Notes: generated by a model from the sequence alone, not told the origin. A stretch of DNA of 64,000 nt from Neoechinorhynchus agilis (GCA_051530055.1 CM121341.1:11386784-11450783); one strand, 5' to 3'; positions 1 through 13,463 are shown, counted from the first letter of the stretch. A program made the numbers and translations.

Positions 1-1994
1 CTGTGTTATCTGAACTGAAAAACCTGAGACTTCCAAATGCAAAGCTTGTCGATTTATACGAACAGGTTTACATGGGGAATTGGTGTTAAACATCCGCTTA
101 TTCTAAATAGCACAGATAGCTCTTGAACTTATCGAACTGCGGGAAATCGGGGCTGCTCGTCCGTTGATTCGACAGACCGAGCCGATGCAACTTCTAAAAT
201 CCACTCAGCCTCAGAGGTATAATCACCTCGAAAATCTGTTGATTCGATCTCATTTCGATCCTAAGGAGGTATTCGAGAACCCTGATCTCTTTGACACGAT
301 TGAGACAGCTCATTAGGCTTATCCGGATAATCAAACAAAGGAGACCCGAAGACACCAAATCGCAAATGATCTGGCGTCCAGTGTTTCTATCGCTCCGCCA
401 TCTCGTCTACTTTGTCTGCTTGGTCAAGCCCTTAAGTTCCAGCAAAGCCATGGCATATTGCCTCCTGGATCTTCTCTTGATATCTTCCATGGAAAAACCA
501 GCACCGCATTCAGTGACGAAGAGATTTACCCGTCAATGTTGAGCGCAACAATCAAAGTACGCCAAATCAAACTTATCGGCAAAAATGTTTTTGGCAGCCG
601 AATAAATACGCAATTTAAAGAAGCTGTATTTATACGGGTTTTTTAACTTACTTCCATGATTATGGTGGAAATTTAGCAAATATGCTAATATTTTAGCAGC
701 ACTCATTTTCGCATTTGTTAACACACAAATCTTATCAAAATTATGAGACTTAGTTTTAATTTTAAAAAAATTATGCGTTTTTAATCGTGCCCATAAAAGC
801 CGATCTATTTATTTTTGCATGAAACTGCCATTGAACAAAATAGTTTTGTGAAATTAAATGCGATTGCAATAACTATTCATTATTTCTAGTTCGGATCAAA
901 GTCAAACGCCGAGAGTGCAGAATTCTCCCCAGACGGTCAATACTTTGTCACTGGTTCTCTTGATGGATTTATTGAAGTTTGGAATTACACCACGGGAAAG
1001 CTAAGAAGAGACCTACAATATCAAGCGGATGAACGCTACATGCTAATGGATGCTGCTGTGCTTTGTTTGGCATTCAGTTTCGATTCGGAAATGTTGATTA
1101 GTGGATCCAGGAATGGGCACATCCGTGTTTGGCGCATAACCAGTGGGCAGTGCCTTCGAAAGTTTGACTGCGCTCACTCCAAAGGGGTGACTGCCGTGCA
1201 GTTTTCGAAAGATAATTCTCAAATCTTAAGTTCATCGTACGACGGGACTATCAGGTTTGTATTTGTAGTTTTTTGTAACCTAAAAGCGACCTTAAAAATC
1301 ATAGATTACACGGTATAAGATCTGGCAAACTGCTAAAGGAGTTTAAGGGCCATTCTTCTTTTGTAAATACCGTTTTGTTCAGTTCGGACGGATGTTCGAT
1401 CATTAGCGGGAGTGCTGATGGAACAGTTAAGATATGGAATGTCAGAGGCACTCAAGAATGCACAGCTACGTTTCGTCCCGTCGGTCTCCAATCGAGCACT
1501 AGTACAATTGTCGACGTAAGCGTCACTCAAATCCACCTTTATCCCAGGAGTACCAATGGATCAAGTGGTAGCGATCAGTTCGCCGTTTGTAATAAATCCA
1601 ACTCGATTATTATCATGAATTGGGAAGGACAGGTAACAACTAACTGTGTGGATCTAATATATTTGAAGTGTGAAAAATCGCGCTTATTTAGATTATCAAA
1701 AACCTTGTGAGTGGAAAACCAGAGAGCTCCGACTTTATATGCTGTTGCATCTCTCCACGCGGAGGATGGATATACTGCGCAGCTGAAGACATGATGATGT
1801 ATTGCTTCTCAATGGAGACTGGAAAACTCGAGAAAACATTAAGCGTAAATTTTAGTTGTGTTTTTCACGAATTCCTTACAACGAGCGGTGTTTAGGTTCA
1901 TTGTAAGCCGATCATCGGCATGGTTCATCATCCCCATCAGAATATTATTGCTACTTTCTCAGAAGATGGAACTGTAAAATTCTGGAAGTCGTAA
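1..1994 (+). CDS. SMU1: WD40 spliceosomal protein SMU1, 5'-partial; exons <1-65, 116-268, 317-556, 890-1254, 1305-1632, 1692-1844, 1896-1994
   Basis: Spliced translation gives [13 protein letters not shown]...[75 protein letters not shown]. All introns are GT-AG and preserve frame. Confidence 0.97.
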
Positions 1995-2033
1995 TTAATG
2001 CTTTTTGTGAATAATTCTGTCTTTTTATAAACC

Positions 2034-2039
2034 AATAAA
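2034..2039 (+). promoter_or_regulatory. Likely SMU1 polyadenylation signal AATAAA
   Basis: Hexamer 40 nt after the stop codon. Confidence 0.5.
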
Positions 2040-2770
2040 AAGCGCGCTTATCTCGTCCAAAATGCAGGGTTAATAATCGAGAGTAAATCTTATGTAGCGC
2101 GGCGACTGGAGAGCCAAGATCGACTTCATTCCTAGCCCAAAAATAAGCATTGGGGTGCAGCGGGGCAATGCGGCTAGCATTTTGACCTGCGCCGATGAAT
2201 AGGAGCTGAGAGGTTTCGTATTGTTGTTTTGCTTTTAAATAATATATATTGTGGAAAGAACCGAGATCTAGGCGATCAAAAATATTCAGGGAACAATCGA
2301 TTGAAATGACGATGCAAACCGAAACCCGCCGAGATCACATCAAAGAAAAACTTGAACAATCTTATTCGGAGCTGCGTTGGGTGGTTTTTCTGGTGTTTTG
2401 GCGATCCGTTTATCTCTTTCGTTTTCGCGATGTTTATCATCCTCGCTTATTGAATAAATATGGACAAAAAGAGTCTCTGTGGAACTAATTCTCAGCACTA
2501 TGTTATAACGACCAATGTATCGGCTTTTTCTGATGAAAATAAAGTGCAAAGGTTTTTCATAATTAACTTTTTAAATTGCCGTTACAAGTGCTTCAAAACC
2601 CGTGCTTTATTTTTTCGTAGATACGACTGGAAATTGATAACCTGAAAACGAATTGGTATTTTTATTCTAAAAGATAACTAATATATCTAATAACTAATTC
2701 TGTTTACCTTCAATGTTTATCGACACAAAAAAGATATTAAATAATAAAATACCTTTGATTTTGCTTCGAA

Positions 2771-3340
2771 ATGATCCTTCAAATCTTTTGCAACCCCACA
2801 TCATCCCCTGAGCTTCTAAATGACATCCTACGAGTAACCTCCCTAAGAATTCTGGGTCTCCAATTTCAATCAAACTTGAAATATTACTCGCACATCATTC
2901 TGTCCCTCAAGCTCAATGCCTTTAAAATTTATCTCCTCAGACGCCTCCGACATTTATGAATCCCTTCACACGATCGTTTCAAATTTTACTTCAGTTTTAT
3001 TTTACCCTCCGAATTTGCACATTTGACTTTCCCCTCTCTCTGAATGCCTTGATACTATTTTCACAAACTAAACAAAACGCCTATCAACCCTACCACCACA
3101 ATTTCTTCCACATATCTCTCCCTTTTCATACGAGCACAACACTCGTAATCCTAATTCGTTTCATCCTCCTTCGACCTCGCACCTCACTATACCTACGCTC
3201 ATTTTTCCATACCGCCAAATCTTCTCAGATATCAGAACTTGAAATGAACCTGAGGAAAGACCAACCTTACAATCGCTCTTGCAAACAATATCCGCCAATT
3301 CCCACAGCCCAAAGGTACATGGGACCTATTCTGCATTTTT
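2771..3340 (+). mobile_element. Non-LTR retrotransposon (CR1/L2/Jockey-like) 3' fragment, copy 1
   Basis: Long near-identical blocks shared with 17375-18390 and 34690-35890. Translates to SLRILGLQFQSNLKYYSHI...LRRL, typical of the region after the RT core. Confidence 0.75.
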
Positions 3341-3871
3341 TACCTTATCCATTGGTACGTTCGGCTGACGTGGTCAAGCATTTGTCGAAGAGACTGAGAC
3401 GAGTCACTGCCTTATTTTTTATCTTAGCTTGGCTAGTCGGTTACTTTTTTATTAAGTGTTGAGGTTTTCATCCCTGGCACGATTGATTATTTTCCTTGGG
3501 CTCACGGAAGCGCGTAAAATAACTTGGACTCTCAAAGTTCGTTTATGAAAGCACATTTAAAAATATTGATGCGATGAGTTTGCATTAATTCGCTGAATTA
3601 GGAAATAAATTTAAATGTGGGTGAAAAAATTAAAACTTTCCACTTAATTTGTAGAAAACGAGTGTTAAAATTGGCATTTTAAGTGTAAACAATTATCTTT
3701 TAATAAAGATCGCCACAGCTCAGGGGCTCAGCAATAAACTATCCCTAAGAAGCAATGATGATCGATAGAGATTTTTATATTTATATGGATAGAAACAACA
3801 ATGGTACACGTAATGCGTTTGTGAACCTAGTGTACATTTACAATTTACACATTTTAATTTCTGATTGTTCT

Positions 3872-5089
3872 CTAATGTTGTTGCAATAACCGCTCGGTAT
3901 TGTTTGGATTGAGTTCAACTGCATCTACTTGTTGGTTGTGCGTAATAATTTCATTAGCTGCAGCCGATCGATCCCGTTTGATTTTCCATACCGAAACCGT
4001 CATAACCGAGGCCACAATGAGAGCTGATCCGGCAATCGAAAGGATCGATGTATTGGTGTGGAAGAAGATGTGCTGGAACACATGAGAGAAAATGATGTCC
4101 GTGGCACGAACAATAGAGACGAGCCCTGCTCTTTCCAGTTTTAGAGCACTTACAACACTTAAATGTCCGAGCATGCTTAGAGATCCAGCAGCAACGACGA
4201 ATCCAAAGTCATTTAGGCTAAGCTTCGGGAACAAAGCCACGTCTTTAAGGTGGGCGTATTGTGGTTGGAACGTTTTGGACCACATATAGATCCGGATCGA
4301 AATACAGACTGGAAGAGTGAACAGTATTGCGTAAGAGGACATATTGAACACTATTGCCACCTTTGGCACCGTCGCAGATAACTTCTTACCGAGACAGTAG
4401 CCGAGGGCTTCGGAGATTGAAGTTAGAAATGCGAGAAACACTCCAAAAGTCATTTTGGCCGAGGATGACATCTCAGGTACCATTAAATGTCTCATTATAT
4501 GGGAAGTAGAGTTCATTTTCATCATTGAAGTCACGTTGTTTGTAGATCCGATCAGAGGAACTCGGATGCCGAATACGTCGAATGGATTCGCGATAAGTGC
4601 AACACCGAGCATACTGGTGAACGCAGAGGCGATATTGAGCTTGGAGAGTTTTTCTGTCAAGAAAATCCGAGCCACAAATGGGGTTAGTATCACAGAACAA
4701 TATTTAACCGAGCTTGCGTCCGGTAAAGAAATCAATAGAATACTAGTGAAGAGAGCACTGCTGCCAATTGTAAGACAAAGAGCTCGAGCCAATAGGAGAC
4801 ATTTGCGGTCTTTGTAGTCAAATAGTTTAGTTTTAGAACAGATGCATTGTATTAATGTCAGAATCGACATTGTTACCGTCCTTAAAAAGCTTACCTCAGG
4901 TCCGGTCAGATTTTTGACTTTTTTGCACAACAACATCGCAAATGAAAGCAACAATGAACCCAGGACTGCATATAGAATTCCAATATGTTTGAGTTTTCGA
5001 GGAGTTCGAAAACGATTGAACGCCGTTCGGAACTTATTTGTAGCATTGAGAGCTTCTTCGGGCATCTTGATTGTAGAAGATTTTGGCAT
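3872..5089 (-). CDS. SLC35G: Intronless EamA/DMT-family transporter, SLC35G-like, 405 aa
   Basis: About 10 hydrophobic segments in two EamA halves (LLLARALC...ISLPDASSVKYCSVILTPFVARIFLTEKL; ALKLERAGLVSIVRATDIIFS). Confidence 0.88.
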   Translation of the reverse strand: MPKSSTIKMPEEALNATNKFRTAFNRFRTPRKLKHIGILYAVLGSLLLSFAMLLCKKVKNLTGPEVSFLRTVTMSILTLIQCICSKTKLFDYKDRKCLLLARALCLTIGSSALFTSILLISLPDASSVKYCSVILTPFVARIFLTEKLSKLNIASAFTSMLGVALIANPFDVFGIRVPLIGSTNNVTSMMKMNSTSHIMRHLMVPEMSSSAKMTFGVFLAFLTSISEALGYCLGKKLSATVPKVAIVFNMSSYAILFTLPVCISIRIYMWSKTFQPQYAHLKDVALFPKLSLNDFGFVVAAGSLSMLGHLSVVSALKLERAGLVSIVRATDIIFSHVFQHIFFHTNTSILSIAGSALIVASVMTVSVWKIKRDRSAAANEIITHNQQVDAVELNPNNTERLLQQH

Positions 5090-5504
5090 TTCTGCAATAC
5101 GAAGAGGTTTATACGGTGCGAGGGAAAAACGAGAGCGTTGATTAGATTGTGCAGGAACTCATGACAATCACTAAATGTAGAGGGCTCATATTCTCGCAAC
5201 GCAGTAATGCCTAATGTTGTTTGGAATACAATATCGGATTTCCTGTGGGATAAAAACTTCATTAAGTTTGCTAAAGCGATCTATAGTAAATGAATGTGAC
5301 GGCCGTTACAAATTATCGATCATAGATTTTAATGAACTATTCGTTCATTATTCGTCCAAGGTGCCCCCTCATCACATAAACGAATTATGGAACACGTTCA
5401 ATGAAATTTTTTACGGTTCAATACTTATTATCAACACTCTTCGGTTTCATGTAATAAAAAGTGGTGAATTCAAAAGTCGAAAGTGAATGAGATTTTTCGA
5501 GTTT

Positions 5505-5955
5505 AGACAAAAAAATACGCCTGGAAAACGAAGACTCTTCATATTGAAGCAATAAAAAGATAAAAAATCGAGAAAAGGTCAAAAGTGAATTAGATTTTAA
5601 GATTTCTGGGGGAAAAATTCGTATGGAAAACGAAGACTCTTAAAACTAAAGTAATAAAAGGATTTAAATCGATAAAAAAATAAAAGGTGGACGAAATTTT
5701 TAATGTTTTTTGAGAAACAAATATGCCTGGAAACGAGGACTCTTCAAATTAAAGTAATAAAAGGATTTAAAATCGATAAAACATCGGAGGTAAATAAGAC
5801 TTAAGATTTTTTGAGAAAAAATACGTGCGGAAACGAGAACGCTTAAAATTGAAGTAATAAAAACATGTGGAATCGAGAAATAGTCAAAAGTGAATTAGTT
5901 TTTATGGGATTTTTACAAAAATACCTTTAGAAAACGAGGGCTTTCAAAATTTGAA
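5505..5955. repeat. Degenerate minisatellite, ~100-104 bp unit, ~4.5 copies
   Basis: Motif GGAAA(A)CGARGACTCTT...AAGTAATAAAA recurs at ~5523, 5625, 5729, 5829, 5930. Confidence 0.8.
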
Positions 5956-6103
5956 GTGGCACTTTAGATGCTGGTAGACTTATTTCTATACCAATTATCA
6001 ATTGTTTAAGGGTCGCCGAATTGGGATGTTACTAAAATAAAAAATTTGCGATTTTTGACTGAAAACTATTATTTGTTGGTCACATTGACTCATTTCTCTT
6101 GAC

Positions 6104-7050
6104 ATGTTCAATGTTTCGAGCGATAGTGACTGTCAAAGAAAGACAGGAGTATGGCAGAATTTCCATTTATGCAGAATGATTATTTCCTTCTTCACGTGTT
6201 GGAAAATGGAGAACACGGGTTCACAATAGAAACAATTTGCACCATTGTTAATCTCAAAAGAAAATCAATCAGATTGCGGCGTCCTCAAAGGTCACTTAAC
6301 AACGATCTATAAGTAATTTGAACATAAATAAAGAATGGGCCGAATATGAAGACAAAGACGTAATTTCAAAAAAAAAGATGTTATTGGATGTGTGGACGAT
6401 AAGATAGCACTGGACGAAGACAGACGGTGAGTTGGCTAAATATGGTCTTATTTCACGATCATCATCGATCTTGAAAGAGTGATAAAGTATGCTACCGAGC
6501 GACCATTAACTCGGATAATTAACGAAACTAATTTCTTCTACCTTTTAAAAGAATTGTAAAAGTTCCTCTAAAACGTCGTTGACACGATCTTTAGAGAATG
6601 TAAACGAGCGAGCTAGTGCGCGCGCATTCATTAATCTTACGAGAAATCATTTGAAGTAAACGTTCAATTTTGAACGAATGTTCATATGTAAAACGCAAGA
6701 AAAAGTCAAGTTGGTGAACACGGGATACAAGGACTCTAGAGCAACGATACTGTTCGGCTACCATGGGAGCGAGACGTCGCGACATTCATATATCGCACTA
6801 AGCCGTCAAATGAATCACAGCCTTCTCTTCCCCACCAAAAGAAGAATCCAGGAAACCGATGGAGTTGGCTAACCTCCAAAACAGAATGTCGCAGGGGGGT
6901 TTTATGCTCCGTCGAGAACACTCGTGATAATTTTGCGGTTGCGCGGTACGACATCTTCTGGAGTACGTCGAGGAACAGCTCCACCATGCCTTAGATATCT
7001 GTGAGTGGCAGCCGCCTATCAGGCACATCGCCTACTAACAATAATGTACA
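6104..7050 (+). other. Possible uncharacterised multi-exon gene, unresolved
   Basis: Short stop-free segments bounded by splice-like sites (NDYFLLHVLENGEHGFTIETICTIVNLK; DVIGCVDDKIALDEDRR|gtgagt; VIKYATERPLTRIINETNFFYLLKE). Phases could not all be reconciled. Confidence 0.25.
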
Positions 7051-9787
7051 TGGATACATTAACCCCGTACCGCCATAAGCGACCTCATCTTCCATTAAAA
7101 CCAATAGCCGTTTCCTCCGCCATAAACATTCAAATGCACTCGGCAACAACAATAGTTGCGTTGAAGTTAATGATTGAACCATTTTATATAGGCAGGCGGG
7201 CGTCGAATTTGAACATTTGATCATCAAAATTCTCAGTGACACCTACGCATTAATGTAGCATTGATGCTTTTTTCATTATCGCTCATTAAAGACATTTTGA
7301 GAAGTGGGCGGATCGCGGTGTAACGCACATTATCTTTTCTGCGATTGATTTTGCGTTGAACATTCTTATATTGCAATCGAGTGCTGAAAAACAATGTTTC
7401 GTTAAAAAAAGGGACCATTAACCTCGATTTCATTACCTTAATATCGATTATCTAAAATATAAACATTAACGAAGTTAAAGAAAATAGCTTAAATTCGAAA
7501 ATTCTATTAAAAGATTCTAAAGTGAAACCATAATCTCTGAGCACCTTTTGAGAATCTGAAACAACTTATTAGATTGAACAATACTTGATTCAAACATACC
7601 GATTTGTCTTAGACTTCAATATTAAAGATGTTTCGCGGTGAATTTATGCACAATGCTAAATATTCGCTATAATCTTTGAAACTTAAACATTTGGTTTTTA
7701 TCAACGCCAGAAATTCTATAAGATTGTATCGATTACTACACCCGAGGTTACCATGTGGATTCCAGAAGCGACATTCAGTAGATCGAAAAACATTCCTTAA
7801 TCTGAGGGCGAATGAAACACTTTAACAATTAAATTTATAAAATGGCTCTAATTCAATCAGTCGAAATAAACATTCTTCTTTAATGATCCCTCTCGGATGT
7901 CGATAAGCAACCTAAACAACAAAGTATAAATTAAACTTTTAAAAACCTATACCACCTCAACACAAAAAGATTTTACATTGAGCTTCGGTTAGGTAAAAAT
8001 TCTGAAAAGTTTGAGTATTACAAAATAAAAAGGGCTCAGTTTAAAATGTCAGCAAATCATTTCGATAAAGCATGCGGTTGTACGAATAAATGGAAAAAAT
8101 TAAAAAAGGAAAATTGAGCTCGTGAAACAAGGAGCATAAATGTTTTTGTGCTAAATTAGGAAAAACACCAAAATTGTTATTATGCGAGCGTAACAGCAAA
8201 AAATTTAGAAAAGGAGCATCGAACATTCGAATGCATTAGTTACAATGAACGAAGAAATCTGAAAAGAGCAAAATATCACTTTGAGGAACTCGAAATATCA
8301 AACTGGGAATGTTAACCAGAAAACGCTAATAATTTTCTAAACGCCTCTAATGCGCTTTTGAAATAAACAACGGAGTTAAAATCCTTCTGTATTTGCAAAT
8401 GGAAAGTATTTCTCTAAAAACATACTTAATTATCGCTAAAAATAACTGAAAAGTTAAAGCGATTTGAGCGAAATTAAGCCAATGATTTTCGACGAAATAT
8501 GGAACTGCTCTATTTTTGGCTTTAAAGCCGCTTTAAAATAAAAATGTTGAAAACGGTTTACTTGAGACTGTTTATTGAATTGAAAAAATGTAGCGAAGAG
8601 CAGGACCGGAGTAGTAGTCAGCATCACTCTGAAGTAGCCGGTCCTTTGTCGCCACATTGATTTACGCGAAAGCTCATTTACATATTCGATATTGCAGAAA
8701 AAGAATCCAATTAGTATAGTGTACACCAGCTAACAACGTCTTTAAAAATTAAGATCAGCCATTTGCTACTTCAAAAAAATATTATCAAATTGCTTTATTT
8801 TTTAATTTTGCTAATATTACTACATATTTTTCCTAATCTCAAGTCCGGCTTATTAGTTGTTGAAAAGCATCTTTATTTTCACAAAGCAATGGAAGGATCG
8901 GGAAATTTTGTCATTTAAGTCAAAAGAACTTCGATGCGAACTAAAGTTACACTTTTGGGCATGCAAAATAATTGCATTCCGAATAATTTGGAAAACAAAA
9001 ATTTGGTAGTGAAATGCAAACGATATCGATGCGAATTAAAGGCGATTATTTATTTAGTGATCATTATCGTAGTTATCGGCAGGAGGCCAGCATCTAATTA
9101 AATGAAATCTCAGATTACAAATTACGGTCGGTTGATGGTAATGGCAATGTTTGAATTGGTCAAAGAATAATTAAAGTTCGAATATTTTATTTTGCGAAGT
9201 TTTGATCATGCTTTAACTATGGAATACTGATTATCACTTCATTATTAAGCTCCCCTGGGTAAAGCCGTGTAAAGCGGCTAGTTCTTAATGTTGAACAAAC
9301 AAGAATTATTATCTTAAAACAAAATTATGGTTACATCACCCTTGCAAATCAGGTCGAAACATAAAGGGAACAAAAGCATGAAGTTAGCAACTATAGTCAT
9401 TCACTGAACGGTAATTATATTCGACAATCTTCCATTAGATATACAACTGGAAGTGGGCCAATCATCATCAAGGTATATATTGACTAAAAAAATATTCGTA
9501 GCAAAAGGTGGCCAAATATACGAACAAACATCTCAATGTTTGTTATTTGCCCTATTGCGAGAGTAATAATTGATTGTGATTTTCAAAAGGCATTCTTTTG
9601 CAACCTTTATATACACTAGGAATAATCGCTATACCTTCTCGTTGCAATCCATTATTGGTGGCAAAACTACGCTCATGTAGAACATCATTGGAATTTATCT
9701 CCTACCTCGCCGCTGGTATGATAAGTCCACTACATTTTTTTACTTTGCGAAATCTCCATTGATTTTATTCAATCAATTTTCGTCCGT

Positions 9788-10700
9788 TTAAACAGAATCG
9801 CGCTCTTCAGTACCAACTATAGACGCCAATGTCTTATTTACGCTTTTGTATTTGTTTTTACAAAAGCTTGAACCATATTTTTGCTCGTGCTTCAATATCT
9901 GTCTTGTGATTTTTGAAAACTGTTTATCAGCCGAAAAAACTCGACAGTTTAAGGCATTGCCATTGTCCTCGTCCTCGTTTATAATTTGACTTTGATCTTT
10001 TCTGTGTAGCCTATTAGGCTCTATTTCTGAAACCAACCTATCAAGGATAAGAATGTTCTCTGGAATATATCCAGAATATCGACTGTCGATACTATCGATT
10101 ATACTAATTTCTTCAATTTTGATATCGATCGTGTATACTGGGTGATTATCGACCATTTCAAATGCCTGGAGAATGTCCGAAAGATTGCCTTGTCCATCGA
10201 AAATCATAAAATTGTTGTGAGAAATCACGATTCGAAAATATGGATGACAGATTAACTTTGCATGCAAAAATCCACGGAATGATTTAATCGGTAAAGACGC
10301 ACAACATTGCAAGTAACTTTGATATATCATTTCCTGTATAAAAAAGATAATGGATTGATTGACTTTGAATTTATACCTTTTGCCAGTACACTTTTATCAT
10401 AATAAAAACTTGAGAATGCGGATTAATTTGCTCAGATTCGTTTGCTCTGCATCCCCATGGGTTTGCTACTAAATTTTTTTTAATGTAAACGTAGTTATTC
10501 AGTGCAAGGTTCTTCCCCTAATGCCGTTCATCCGTTCCCCACAAAGACGGACGAACTTTAATCAATGCGGCATTATAGTTGAAAAAGAAGGAATTTCTCA
10601 CGAATGTTTTACTTTTTGAGTAGGGACATTCGGCATTTTTAATGATAAGAATCTCCAGGCAAAATAATAAACGGATGCCAATTAAAGGCCTAATTTTCTC
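9788..10700 (-). CDS. Uncharacterised multi-exon protein; 5' end uncertain
   Basis: Terminal exon 10333-9788 follows a good acceptor (tttttatacag). In-phase upstream exons are joined by 44-nt and 39-nt GT-AG introns. No family recognised. Confidence 0.4.
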
Positions 10701-11594
10701 CCGGTTCTTTAATTATTGCAAATTAAATAGTAGGCTAAAATAAAATTAATCGATTATTCAAAAATATGCGTTGGATTTTGGGAACTCACCGTTTTTAGTA
10801 GTAACTTTAGGTGATCACATTCTCTACTAAAGGCTAAACAAACTTACATGCTTCCACTTGTTGTCCACCTTCTTTAATAAACCTTTCGGCCTTAAAATCT
10901 CTTCTTAAAATAAGAGGATTACTGCTTCTTAAATGATTTAGTGAGCCCACCTCACATGATCCTTCAACGGTGATATACTAATTCCGCATGGACAGAATTC
11001 TCCCTTGAGTTTCACGTAATTTAACAAGCATTGTTGACAAACTAAATTCGAGCGCTAAATTCTACACAACATAGGTTTGTGTTACTTACAAAAATGACTA
11101 CAAGGGTACACTATACAAGGCACCGAAGCAATCTCATCACAGCACTTGCACTTTACTTCATTCGGAATGTTCATCATACCAAACAAATCGGTGCTCGAAA
11201 CGAAAAATATATGTAACACTGTGTGTGCTAGGTTTTTCGCTAATATTAAAAAACGCATAACGTGACCACTTTTATTAAAAAACGTAATTTAAGTTTGCTA
11301 ATCGTCCACTCTGGGATTACGGCCATTTGTTCTCAAGTTCAATGTGGACGACCCAGCAAAGCTGAAATCTCTTGCTCGGGTAACGATTTCGAAGAAAGTC
11401 ATTTGTTGGTGGTAGACTGTTAAGGACTTATTGGAGGTCCGCCCTTGCACTGAAACTTTGCTTATCGTAGAAGTGTGAAAGATTATGGATCAATAACTGA
11501 AAATTCTTGGGGTTTTTGCGATGTGATTGAGTCCGATGTGGAGCTCGAACCCATGGCATTTTAGATTTCTACTATATTAATTTTATCTTTTCAA

Positions 11595-11760
11595 GTCAGG
11601 CCAGCCGGTAACTTATTAAATACCAAATGTGTGGCCTTTTATCACAGCTGATAATTTTCCTTGGCCGCACATTTCACCGATATGGCTTAAGGAAGTGCAT
11701 AAAATCACTTATTAACCTGAACCATACAGCCACGAGTTTGTAGCACTTCGACGCAGAATA
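11595..11760. mobile_element. MITE family D, partial copy
   Basis: Shares ggccagcc..taacttattaaata..aatgtgtggccttttatca and ataaaatcac(ac)tta with 13495-13905. Confidence 0.6.
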
Positions 11761-12551
11761 AATGTAACCGATTAATCAGACCTAAAAAGATAATTGGCTC
11801 AAAAGTAAAAACTATCAGAGTTTGTACATTCCATAGTTTGGCCGAGGTGGTCCAGTGGACTTTAGCCCAAAATCCCTGTTTCAAGGTCAAAGGGGGCTAA
11901 AAATCCGTGAGCACCGATGGTGCCCAGAGGAGAAATTATCAGCCGTGTAAGGGATGCTCACTTGAACACAGAATATACTAATTTTTAATATTTCACATTT
12001 TCCTATCTCTCTCACAATTGAGACAATTAGCGCCGCTGGATCAGTTGGAAAATGGCGCAACAACAAAGTCGCATCAGCGATCCAGGAAGGGAATGTTTGA
12101 TGTGTCCTCCATTCAATGGAGGATAAAGATGTTTAGTCTTTTCCTTTGTCATAAATGATGATTTTCTCGATAATTAAAGAGAGCTTCCTTTCATCTACTT
12201 CTAAGCAATCTTGATAAACGCGTATAAGATTATGCCTGCGAAATATCGAACCTTATATATTCCTTCATTTTTTCGGCCACATAAAAAAATTGAAGAAATG
12301 AAATCCTTTTAAAATTAACGTTTGATTCCATATTGTAGAAAGATATCAAAGATAGGAGAATTGCAGATTACAGTGTTTCGTAGCCAAAGAAGAATAAAAC
12401 CGATTGCAATTAAACAATTTCGATAAAACGGCCGAAGACAAACATAAGTCCACATCGCCCATTTAGGGATTTCAAAACATACCCATTAAGACAACGCGTA
12501 TTATAGAGAATCAAACAAGAATCTTCGCTCGTTTCCATCAATTGTCCTGTT

Positions 12552-12758
12552 CGAACCAATATTTCGTAGTTTCACTCCTTCAAGGGTTTGAAAAACACAT
12601 GATCTACAAAGGTCTCTCCCTCTTTTGTATGAACTTTTACGGGATTGGTAGCATATCCCTCTCGCGTTCTTAGACGAAGACAGTGTCTCCGATTCCCCGT
12701 TTTCGCTGGGCTTGAAAGTGTTCCGTGTTTGTGAAGTAAAACTCCGAAATATCGGTCA
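12552..12758. mobile_element. MITE family E; other copies at 13118-13297 and partial 15590-15682
   Basis: Terminal inverted repeat gaaccaatatttcgtagttt / aaactccgaaatatcggtc, recurring in the other copies. Confidence 0.6.
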
Positions 12759-13330
12759 TTAATAACCATTTGTTCTTAATCGCGGAAATAGCTCAAATAC
12801 AAAACCTGCGGTTGACAAATCAGTCGACAATACACCAACTATGTTTGTGAGTATGTAAATGAATGTGCGAATGAAGCACTTAAACAATGACCGATAAAAT
12901 GAGACGTCCTCAATAAATATTCTAATCTAATAAAATACGTTTTATCAAGGATTGCAATTGCCCCAATACAAACTCTATCACTCCGAAGGATATTCTTACA
13001 ATGAATAAAAATATTAAGTTCGCCGAATGTTCCAACGACTTTTGAACAACATTCCGAGCCACCATTTTCGATTGTCCTTATTTGAGAAATTAACGCAGTT
13101 AAAAACAATTTTTTTCAGACCAATATTTTTCTTAGTTTCACTCCTTTTTCAGGGTTGTGAAAACAACATGAGCGATTGCTTGTAAAGATCCCTTCTTCTT
13201 CCATCAAATCAGACAAATAATCAAGCATTGAGTCCATCACCAAAGGGCGTGTTTTTCAGGACCCTGAAGAACAAACAAAACTCCGAAATATTGGTTCAAA
13301 AAAATAAAATATTTTTCGAGGAAAAGATAC

Positions 13331-13463
13331 TTTTTTTTCTTAGTTTTGCCTTCTCGCAGGATTTAAGTTCATTAATTTATTTCCGAATCTTGATAAAATG
13401 TCGAAATTATTCGAAGGAAATAAATTAGTGAATTTTTGAATCCGGTGGGAAAACTAAGAAAAA
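13331..13463. mobile_element. MITE family B, copy 1
   Basis: Inverted ends ttttcttagttttgcc / gggaaaactaagaaaaa and internal ttcattaatttatttcc / ggaaataaattagtgaa, as at 57935 and 62234. Confidence 0.7.

Noticed and set aside
2160-2200. GCAGGTCAAAA on the minus strand, resembling SRP RNA
   Set aside because: The helix 8 GNRA loop context and Alu domain are absent.
11520-11575. tRNA B-box-like GGTTCGAGCTCC on the minus strand
   Set aside because: No cloverleaf or properly spaced A box.
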